Positions 56,744 through 64,000 of a DNA stretch of 64,000 nt are shown here, piece after piece. Source of the DNA: an uncultured Candidatus Rokubacteria bacterium (lineage in GTDB: Bacteria; Methylomirabilota; Methylomirabilia; Rokubacteriales; DASRDR01); contig CAVPSB010000012.1 in NCBI GenBank assembly GCA_963708025.1, forward strand, positions 288,001 to 352,000, written 5' to 3'. Position 1 is the stretch's first letter, and each line of letters starts with the position of its first letter. Made by a program: the position numbers and the translations under genes. The notes beneath the pieces were generated by a model. It did no database searches, was not told where the DNA came from, and saw nothing but the letters and a program-made list of their open reading frames with translations.

Positions 56744-57688
56744 ATGCGGATCCTGGAGCCCGCACCTGCCCGGCCGCCGGCTGGCCGGGCTCCGGGTCCG
56801 CCGTCCCCCCGCCTGGCCGACCGGATCCACGCGTGGAAGGGCGGCCGCTTCGCCTTCCTGCCGGGCCTCCTGCCCGTGCTGGCCCTCTACGGAGGCCTGC
56901 TGGTGGTGCCGATGCTGGTGCTCGGCCGGTACAGCTTCTACGAGATGCGGCCGGGCCAGGTGCGGATCCTGGCGCCGTGGACGACCGGGAACTACCGCCG
57001 GTTCTTCACCGATCGCTTCTACCTCGGGGTGCTCGGGGAGACCCTGCTCACGGGGCTGATCGTCGTCCTAGCCTGCGTGGTGCTGAGCTACCCCATCGCC
57101 TATGTGCTGGCCCGGCTGCGGCGCGGCAAGGCGCTGCTGTTCCTGGTGGTGCTGGCGCCGTTCCTGGTGAGCCAGGTGGTGAAGACCTACGGCTGGATGG
57201 TGATCCTGTCGGGGCAGGGGTTCCTGAACTGGGTGCTGCTCGGCACCGGGCTGGCGACCGAGCGGGTTCAGCTCCTGTACAGCCGTACCGGCATCGTGAT
57301 CGGCATGGTTCACGTGCTGATCCCGTTCATGATCCTGACCCTGGAGAGCGTGATCCGCCAGATCGGCGAGGAGGTGCTCGACGCCGCCCGGAGCCTGGGG
57401 GCGTCGGAGCACCAGGTGTTCTTCCGGGTCGTGCTGCCCCTGAGCCTCCCGGGACTGGTCGCCGGCTCGCTGCTGGTCTTCTCGCTGGCGGTCAGCATCT
57501 TCACGACGCCGGCCCTGATGGGCGGTGATCGCGTCCAGCTCATGTCGAACTTCATCTACAAGCGGGCGGTCTCGCTCCTGGACTGGCCGCTGGCGTCGGT
57601 CGGCGCCTGGGTCCTCCTGATCACCGCGCTGCTGATCATCGTGGCGTACCTGCGGCTGTTCGGCCGCCGGCGCTGGGAGGTGGCGTGA
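56744..57688 (+). CDS. PotB-like ABC permease
   Basis: SYPIAY, VVKTYGW, DAARSLGA, LPLSLPG. Confidence 0.92.
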   Translation: MRILEPAPARPPAGRAPGPPSPRLADRIHAWKGGRFAFLPGLLPVLALYGGLLVVPMLVLGRYSFYEMRPGQVRILAPWTTGNYRRFFTDRFYLGVLGETLLTGLIVVLACVVLSYPIAYVLARLRRGKALLFLVVLAPFLVSQVVKTYGWMVILSGQGFLNWVLLGTGLATERVQLLYSRTGIVIGMVHVLIPFMILTLESVIRQIGEEVLDAARSLGASEHQVFFRVVLPLSLPGLVAGSLLVFSLAVSIFTTPALMGGDRVQLMSNFIYKRAVSLLDWPLASVGAWVLLITALLIIVAYLRLFGRRRWEVA

Positions 57689-58476
57689 GGCGATCGGGCT
57701 TCGCCCTGCTGGTGTGGGCGACGACCGTCGCCACCATCGCCTTCCTGGTGGCCCCGATCGTCATCGTCGTCATCGCCTCGTTCAACGACGCGGAGATCCT
57801 GTCGTTCCCCCTCCAGCGCTTCTCGCTCCGGTGGTACGTCGCCTTCTTCCGGGACTTCGAGCTGGTCCAGGCCCTCCAGGTGAGCCTGGTGGTGGCCACG
57901 GTGTCCACGGCCTTCGCCATCCTGGTCGGGGTGCCGGCCGCCTTCTCGCTGAGCCGGTGCGAGTTCCCCGGCCGGGAGGCGATCAGCGGCTTCCTGCTCT
58001 CGCCGCTCCTCATCCCGCTCATCGTGCTGGGGCTGGCCGTGCTCCTGCTCTACGCCGCGCTCGGCCTCCGGGCCAGCCTCACCGGCTTCGTCGTCATGCA
58101 CGTCCTGATCACGACCCCGTACGTGATCCGCACCGTGCTGGCCGTGCTCAGCCGATTCGACCGGACGCTGGAGGAGGCCGCGCTCGGCCTCGGCGCCGAC
58201 GACTTCCGCACCCAGTGGCACGTGACGCTGCCGCTCATCAAGCCGGGCATCTTCGCCGGGGGCTTCTTCGCGTTCATGACCTCGTTCGACAACGTCCCGC
58301 TCTCCATCTTCCTGGGCAGCTCCAAGCTGGTCACGCTGCCGGTGAAGATCTACTCGCAGGTCGAGGCGTACGGGATCGACCCGGTATTCGCCGCCATCTC
58401 CACGCTGGTCATCGCCGGCACCCTGATCGTGCTGCTGCTGTTCGACCGCTACGTCGGCCTGGACTACCTGCGGTGA
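57685..58476 (+). CDS. PotC-like ABC permease
   Basis: FSLRWY, LEEAALGLGA, SFDNV, TLPVKI. Confidence 0.92.
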   Translation: MRRSGFALLVWATTVATIAFLVAPIVIVVIASFNDAEILSFPLQRFSLRWYVAFFRDFELVQALQVSLVVATVSTAFAILVGVPAAFSLSRCEFPGREAISGFLLSPLLIPLIVLGLAVLLLYAALGLRASLTGFVVMHVLITTPYVIRTVLAVLSRFDRTLEEAALGLGADDFRTQWHVTLPLIKPGIFAGGFFAFMTSFDNVPLSIFLGSSKLVTLPVKIYSQVEAYGIDPVFAAISTLVIAGTLIVLLLFDRYVGLDYLR

Positions 58477-59573
58477 GCACGCTGCGGCTGGCCGGGGTGA
58501 GCAAGGCGTTCGGGGCGGTCCAGGCGGTGGTGGACTGCTCGCTGGAGGTTGCCGACGGACAGTTCCTGGCGCTCCTGGGGCCAAGCGGCTGTGGCAAGAC
58601 CACCTTGCTGCGGATGCTGGGCGGGTTCCTCCAGCCGGACCGCGGGGCGATCTGGATCGGCGACCGCGACGTGGCCGGCCTGCCCCCGTTTCGCCGGAAC
58701 ATCGGCTTCACGTTCCAGAGCTACGCCTTGTTCCCGCACCTGACGGTCCGGGAGAACGTGGGGTTCGGCCTCCGGATGCGCGGGCGGTTCCGGGGGGCGC
58801 CCGGCGCCGAGCTGGCGCACGTGCGCCGCTATCTCGACCTGGTGCGGCTCCCGGACTGCGAGGACCGGTATCCCCACCAGCTCTCGGGAGGCCAGCAGCA
58901 GCGGGTGGCCCTGGCCCGGGCGCTGGCGATCGAGCCCGACGTGCTGCTCCTGGACGAGCCGCTCGGGTCGCTGGACAAGAAGCTCCGCGAGGCGATGCAG
59001 GTGGAGCTGAAGGCGCTCCAGCGGACGCTCGGGGTCACCACCGTCTTCGTCACCCACGACCAAGAGGAGGCCCTGGCCATGGCCGACCGGATCGCCGTGA
59101 TGTCGACGGGCCGGATCGAGCAGACCGGCAGTCCCGCCGAGGTCTACGAGGCCCCGCGGACCCGCTTCGTCTCCGACTTCATCGGCGTGTCGAACTTCTT
59201 CCAGGGCCGGGTGGTCGACGCCGACGGGCCGGCCGTCCGCTTCCGGACCTCGGCCGGCGTGGACCTCGACATCGCCGCCGGGACGCGCGGGGGGATCGCC
59301 GGGGTCATGGTGCGGCCGGAGAAGATCGAGGTCCACATCGATCCGCCGGCGGTGACCCGACACCGGAACGCCTTTCCCTCGCTGGTCAAGGACGTCGTCT
59401 ACCAGGGCAACTTCACCCGGGTGACCGCCATGCTGGGCGACGTCGAGATCGCGGCCATCGTCCAGAACGTGGGCCGGGGCGCGGCCGGCGGGCTCGAGCC
59501 GGGCCGGCGCATCTACCTGTCCATCGATCCCGACAGCTTCTGCGTGTTCGGGGTCGACGGGCGGTCAGGATAG
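58473..59573 (+). CDS. PotA-like ABC ATP-binding protein
   Basis: [40 protein letters not shown]. Confidence 0.94.
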   Translation: MSTLRLAGVSKAFGAVQAVVDCSLEVADGQFLALLGPSGCGKTTLLRMLGGFLQPDRGAIWIGDRDVAGLPPFRRNIGFTFQSYALFPHLTVRENVGFGLRMRGRFRGAPGAELAHVRRYLDLVRLPDCEDRYPHQLSGGQQQRVALARALAIEPDVLLLDEPLGSLDKKLREAMQVELKALQRTLGVTTVFVTHDQEEALAMADRIAVMSTGRIEQTGSPAEVYEAPRTRFVSDFIGVSNFFQGRVVDADGPAVRFRTSAGVDLDIAAGTRGGIAGVMVRPEKIEVHIDPPAVTRHRNAFPSLVKDVVYQGNFTRVTAMLGDVEIAAIVQNVGRGAAGGLEPGRRIYLSIDPDSFCVFGVDGRSG

Positions 59574-59584
59574 GATAGCCGCCA

Positions 59585-60835
59585 ATGGATCCGATGGCGG
59601 AGGCCAACGCCCGGGCGGTCGAGCGGCTGTGCGCGGCCGAGCCCGTGCTGATCGACCTCCGGCCGGCCCTGGAGGTCCTGCCCGGCATGACGCCGGTTAC
59701 GATCCTGACCTCGGGACCGCCCATGGCCTGGGAGCACTACACGGGCGGCCAGCGGGCCGGGATCATCGGGGGCGCCCTGTTCGAGGGCCTGGCCGCCGAC
59801 CCGAACGACGCGGACCGGAAGCTGCGGGACGGCCGGATCCCGCTCCGACCGTGCCACGACCACGGCTGCGTCGGCTCGCTGGCCGGCATCTACACCGCCT
59901 CGATGCCGGTCTTCGTGGTCGAGAACCGCCAGGGCGGCAACCGCGGGTTCTGCAACCTCTTCGAGGGGCCCTCGCCGGCGCGGCTGAACTACGGAGTCTA
60001 CAACGAGGACGTCCGCCGGAGCCTGCTCTTCATCCGCGACGTGATCGGCCCGACTCTGGCAGAGGCGGTGCGGGCGGCGGGCGGGGTCGCCCTCCGGCCG
60101 CTCATGCGGCGGGCCCTCCACATGGGGGACGAGCTGCACAGCCGGAACACGGCGGCCACGCTCCTGTTCGGGCGGGAGCTGTTCCCCGCGCTGCTCGACC
60201 TGGCCGCGCGCCGGCCCGGCCCGGTTCGCCAGCTCCTCGACTACCTGGGCAGCGACTACGTCTTCCTGCGGCTGTCGATGGCCGCCGCCAAGGCGACCGC
60301 CGACGCGGCGCACGGGATCGAGGCCTCGAGCGTCGTGACCGCCATGGCCTTCAACTGCCGCGACTTCGCGATCCGCGTGAGCGGCCTCGGCGAGACCTGG
60401 TACCGGGCCCCGCTGCCGGCCGTGGACGCCAAGCTGTTCCCCGGCTACACTCGCGACGACATCGAGTTCATGGGCGGCGAGAGCGTCATCAACGAGACCG
60501 TGGGGCTCGGCGGCTTCGCCCAGGCGGCGGCCTTCGCGCTCCAGGACTACCAGGGTGGATCCCCGGAGGGCATGGCCGAGATGAACCGCGCCATGTACGC
60601 GATCACGCTCGCCGAGCATCCCGAGCTCAAGATCCCCTATCTCGGCTTCCGCGGCACCCCGACCGGCATCGAGATCCACCGGGTCGTGGCGACCGGGATC
60701 CTCCCCGTCATGGACATCGGGGTGGCGGGCCGGAAGGGCGGCCAAATCGGGGCCGGCGTCCTCCGGGCGCCCCTCGCCTGCTTCACCGCCGCCGCCGACG
60801 CCTACCGGCGGCGGTATGCCCGCTCGCACCAGTGA
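59585..60835 (+). CDS. DUF1116 (YlbE/YahG-like) protein
   Basis: ANARAVERL, SGPP, LRPCHDHGCVGSLAG, ALHMGDELHSRN, GESVINETVGLGG, GTPTGI, GQIGAG. Confidence 0.85.
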   Translation: MDPMAEANARAVERLCAAEPVLIDLRPALEVLPGMTPVTILTSGPPMAWEHYTGGQRAGIIGGALFEGLAADPNDADRKLRDGRIPLRPCHDHGCVGSLAGIYTASMPVFVVENRQGGNRGFCNLFEGPSPARLNYGVYNEDVRRSLLFIRDVIGPTLAEAVRAAGGVALRPLMRRALHMGDELHSRNTAATLLFGRELFPALLDLAARRPGPVRQLLDYLGSDYVFLRLSMAAAKATADAAHGIEASSVVTAMAFNCRDFAIRVSGLGETWYRAPLPAVDAKLFPGYTRDDIEFMGGESVINETVGLGGFAQAAAFALQDYQGGSPEGMAEMNRAMYAITLAEHPELKIPYLGFRGTPTGIEIHRVVATGILPVMDIGVAGRKGGQIGAGVLRAPLACFTAAADAYRRRYARSHQ

Positions 60836-60902
60836 GAGCTCTCGTCCACGAGATCACCGCGTGCTCGCGCCGGGCGCCTGAGCCCGAGAAACGGAGAGCC
60901 CC

Positions 60903-62015
60903 ATGAGCACTCCTCGGATCGCATCGGCCGTGACCGACCCCCGCCCCATCGGACGCCGGGCCATTCTGAAGGCCGCCGCGGTGGCGGCGGGCGCGGCGGC
61001 GGCGCCGGCCTTCATCCGCCACGCCGGGGCCTCGACCCCGCGCAAGGTCACCTTCCAGCTCGCCTGGATCCCCTCCGGCCAGCACGCCTACGTCTTCGCG
61101 GCGAAGCCGTTCTGGCTGGAGAAGGGGCTCGACGTGCAGGTCGACCGGGGCTTCGGCTCCGGCGAGACCGCCAAGGGGGTCGGGCTCGACAAGTACGACT
61201 TCGGCGAGGCGAGCTACAGCGTCGTCGTGAACTCCGTCGGCCAGGGGCTGGAGCTGATGGCCATCGGCGGCCGCATCCAGCGCACCGCCTTCGCCATCTT
61301 CGCGCTGAAGGGGAGCGGGATCACCCGCCCGAAGGACCTGGAGGGGAAGACGGTCATCGCCAGCACCGGCTCCGGCGAGTACGTGCTGTTCCCGGCCCTG
61401 GCCAAGCTGACCGGCATCGACGCCGCCAAGGTGAAGTTCCTGCTGGTGGCCCCGCCGGTCCGCCACCCCATGCTGCTCGAGCGGAAGGCCGACGCCCTGA
61501 GCGGCTACCTCGTCAGCGACGGCGCGGTCCTGCTCGGCCAGGGCGCGGAGCTGGACATCATCCCCTACGCCGAGCACGGGCTCCGCCTCCTCGACCTCGG
61601 GCTCTTCACCCAGCGCCGGCGCGTGCGCGAGGATCCCAAGCTCTGCGCCGACTTCGTCGAGGGCGCCATGAAGGGGCTGCGGGTCGCCCTCGTCGATCCG
61701 AAGGCGGGCGTCGACCTCACGCTGGCCTCCGTCAAGGAGTACCAGGGCGCGAGCGCCGCGCCGTCCATCCTCGAGCACGGGGTCGAGATCGCCAACGCCC
61801 TGACCGCGGTGCCGGCGGTGAAGCGGGGCGGCCTCGGCACGATGGACCCGGAAGACTGGACGACCACCGTCGATCTGGTGACCCGCTACATGGGCCTCAC
61901 CCAGGCGATGCCGGCCGCCACGCTCTACACCAACCAGTTCGCCGGGACCGTGAAGCTGGAGCCGGCGGAGTGGACCGCCGTCGAGGCCCGGGTGCGGAAG
62001 TTCATCAAGCTCTGA
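60903..62015 (+). CDS. NMT1/THI5-like (NitT/TauT) ABC substrate-binding protein with Tat signal
   Basis: GRRAIL; KVTFQLAW, KGLDV..GFGSG, PKDLEGK. Confidence 0.88.
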   Translation: MSTPRIASAVTDPRPIGRRAILKAAAVAAGAAAAPAFIRHAGASTPRKVTFQLAWIPSGQHAYVFAAKPFWLEKGLDVQVDRGFGSGETAKGVGLDKYDFGEASYSVVVNSVGQGLELMAIGGRIQRTAFAIFALKGSGITRPKDLEGKTVIASTGSGEYVLFPALAKLTGIDAAKVKFLLVAPPVRHPMLLERKADALSGYLVSDGAVLLGQGAELDIIPYAEHGLRLLDLGLFTQRRRVREDPKLCADFVEGAMKGLRVALVDPKAGVDLTLASVKEYQGASAAPSILEHGVEIANALTAVPAVKRGGLGTMDPEDWTTTVDLVTRYMGLTQAMPAATLYTNQFAGTVKLEPAEWTAVEARVRKFIKL

Positions 62016-62027
62016 GGGCCGAACCGG

Positions 62028-62819
62028 ATGGCCAGGGCTCACCTGGCGGTGGAGGGGTTGCGCAAGGTCTACCCGAGCCGGCGCGGCCCCATCGAGGCGA
62101 TCCGGGAGGTCGCGTTCACCGTGGCCGAGGGGGAGTTCGTGTCGATCGTCGGCCCGAGCGGCTGCGGGAAGAGCACGCTCCTCATGATCGCGGCCGGGGT
62201 CGCCTCCCCCAGCGCGGGTCGGATCGCCATCGACGGCCAGACGGTGGAGCGCCCGCGGCGGGACATCGGCGTCGTGTTCCAGGCGCCGTGCCTCCTGCCG
62301 TGGCGGAGCATCCTGGCCAACGTCCTGTTCCCGGCCGAGCTGCAGGGCCGGGACGCCGGCGTCCACCGCAAGCGCGCGCTCGATCTCCTCGCCATGACGG
62401 GCCTCGAGGAGTTCAGCCGCCACCTGCCGCGGGAGCTCTCGGGCGGGATGCAGCAGCGGGTGGCCATCTGTCGCGCCCTGATCCACGATCCGGCCGTCCT
62501 CCTGATGGACGAGCCCTTCGCGGCGCTGGACGCCCTGACGCGGGACCAGATGAACGTCGAGCTGCTGCGGATCTGGAGCGAGTTCCGGAAGACGGTGCTG
62601 TTCGTGACCCACGGCATCCGGGAAGCGGTCTTCCTCTCGGACCGGGTGCTGGTGTTCTCCCGGCGGCCGGGGACGATCGTCCGGGAGCTGGCGGTCGGCC
62701 TGCCTCGGCCGCGGACCCTGGAGGTCCAGGAGACGCCCGAGTTCAACCGCTACTGCGCCGAGCTGCGGGCCTCGATCGGCCTCCCACCGGCCCCGGCCGG
62801 GGGTTCCGCCCGTGGATGA
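62028..62819 (+). CDS. NitT/TauT ABC ATP-binding protein
   Basis: GPSGCGKST, LLPWR, LSGGMQQR, MDEPFAALDALTR. Confidence 0.94.
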   Translation: MARAHLAVEGLRKVYPSRRGPIEAIREVAFTVAEGEFVSIVGPSGCGKSTLLMIAAGVASPSAGRIAIDGQTVERPRRDIGVVFQAPCLLPWRSILANVLFPAELQGRDAGVHRKRALDLLAMTGLEEFSRHLPRELSGGMQQRVAICRALIHDPAVLLMDEPFAALDALTRDQMNVELLRIWSEFRKTVLFVTHGIREAVFLSDRVLVFSRRPGTIVRELAVGLPRPRTLEVQETPEFNRYCAELRASIGLPPAPAGGSARG

Positions 62820-63597
62820 GCCGGTCCCCGGCGAGGAGCGCCGCCGCTGGACGGCCGGCGACTTCCTGTGGCCGGCATTGACCGGCGTGGCGCTCCTCCT
62901 GGCCTGGGAGACGGCGGTGGCGGTGCTCGGCATCCGCCCGATCGTGCTCCCGCCGCCGAGCCGGGTCGCCGCCGCCCTGGTGACCCGCCGGGCCCTGCTC
63001 CTCTCGCACCTGTGGCCGACCCTGTGGCAGTGCCTAGCCGGGTTCCTGCTGGCCGCGCTGGGCGGGACGCTCCTCGGCGTGGCCGTGAGCCTGTCCAGCG
63101 CCTTCCGGAAGGCCATCTACCCGCACCTCGTCGCGTTCCAGGTCCTCCCCAAGGTGACGGTGGCGCCGCTCTTCATCCTCTGGTGGGGCGTCGGCGGCAC
63201 CTCCCGGGTGCTGCTGGCCTTCTTCATCTGCTTCTTCCCGATGGTCGTCAACACGCTGACCGGCCTGGCCAGCGCCGACGCCGACATGGTGCGGATGGCC
63301 CGCGCCTTCACCGCAAGCCCCCGGCAGGTGTTCTGGCGGGTGCGGCTGCCGGCGGCGCTCCCATCCATCTTCGCCGGGCTGAAGATCTCGGCGACGTTCG
63401 CGGTCATCGGGATCATCGTGGCGGAGTTCGTCTCCTCCCAGGAGGGGCTCGGCTACCTGATGATCTTCGCGCAGGGCCTGCTCGACACCGCCACGATGCT
63501 GGCGGCCATCGTCGTGCTGAGCCTCATGGGGCTCGCGCTCTACGGCGGCGTCTGCCTCCTGGAGCGGGCGTGCATCTACTGGCAGGAACCTACGTAG
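62812..63597 (+). CDS. NitT/TauT ABC permease
   Basis: LPPPSRV, LPKVTVAPL, FFPMVVNT, LPAALP, AEF..GLG. Confidence 0.92.
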   Translation: MDEPVPGEERRRWTAGDFLWPALTGVALLLAWETAVAVLGIRPIVLPPPSRVAAALVTRRALLLSHLWPTLWQCLAGFLLAALGGTLLGVAVSLSSAFRKAIYPHLVAFQVLPKVTVAPLFILWWGVGGTSRVLLAFFICFFPMVVNTLTGLASADADMVRMARAFTASPRQVFWRVRLPAALPSIFAGLKISATFAVIGIIVAEFVSSQEGLGYLMIFAQGLLDTATMLAAIVVLSLMGLALYGGVCLLERACIYWQEPT

Positions 63598-63614
63598 ACG
63601 GGGGGTTGCGAGAC

Positions 63615-64000
63615 ATGGCGGACGGCCTGCGGGAGTGGATCCGGAAGCTGGAGGCGGGCGGGGAGCTGGCCCGGGCCCGGCGGGAGGCGGACCCCCGGGT
63701 CGTGCCGGCGCTCCTGGCCCGGGCGCCGGGCGCCGCGCTCATCGAGAAGGTGACCGGTCACGAGATCGGCGTGGTCGGCGGCCTGGCCGCCACCCGCCGG
63801 CGCCTGGCGATCGGGATGGGGTGTGCCGAGCGCGAGCTGGGCAAGGTGTTCCAGCAGGCGATCGACCACCCGATCCCGCCCCGCGTCGGCGAGGCTCCTC
63901 CGGCCTGGGACGTCACCCTGACCGGGGACGAGGTGGACCTCACCCGGCTGCCGATCCCCGTGATGCACGAGAAGGACGGGGGCCCGTACCTCACCAGCGG
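63615..64000 (+). CDS. UbiD family (prFMN-dependent) decarboxylase, 5' part only
   Basis: Manual translation MADGLREWIRKLEAGGEL...EVDLTRLPIPVMHEKDGGPYLTS; open to the window end. Confidence 0.88.
   Translation, partial: MADGLREWIRKLEAGGELARARREADPRVVPALLARAPGAALIEKVTGHEIGVVGGLAATRRRLAIGMGCAERELGKVFQQAIDHPIPPRVGEAPPAWDVTLTGDEVDLTRLPIPVMHEKDGGPYLTS

Overview
Very high-GC bacterial DNA, densely coding, with no rRNA, tRNA, CRISPR array, phage genes or transposase that I can recognise. The gene content (many ABC importers, amidohydrolases, a giant multi-GAF kinase, a DUF433/PIN pair) resembles Candidatus Rokubacteria/Methylomirabilota; this is inference only. Scattered single-base frameshifts look like long-read consensus errors. 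Layout: peptide ABC genes and an amidohydrolase (-, 1-4.8 kb); a sugar ABC operon interrupted by a secreted CxxCH protein flanked by a diverged ~70-bp duplication of the permease 3' end (4.9-11.9 kb); a ~9.3-kb hybrid histidine kinase with 13-14 tandem GAF cassettes plus PAS-HisKA-HATPase-REC-REC-Hpt, followed by a REC-class III cyclase with non-canonical residues and a DUF2889-like gene (12.1-23.4 kb); an N-compound catabolic cluster (23.6-31.8 kb); a toxin-antitoxin pair; a sigma54-linked unit (GAF-GAF activator, MFS, small NHLP-leader-like peptide, RND pump, CusF-like fusion; -, 32.8-42.1 kb); and a ~22-kb co-directional catabolic island (42.3-64 kb) with Rieske oxygenase, GlnT/GmaS-like ligase, phosphotriesterase, D-aminoacylase, TPP enzyme, DUF1116, UbiD and three ABC importers. 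Many intergenic gaps hold modular palindromic repeat families; one (8 copies) ends in a Shine-Dalgarno sequence placed in front of several downstream start codons.
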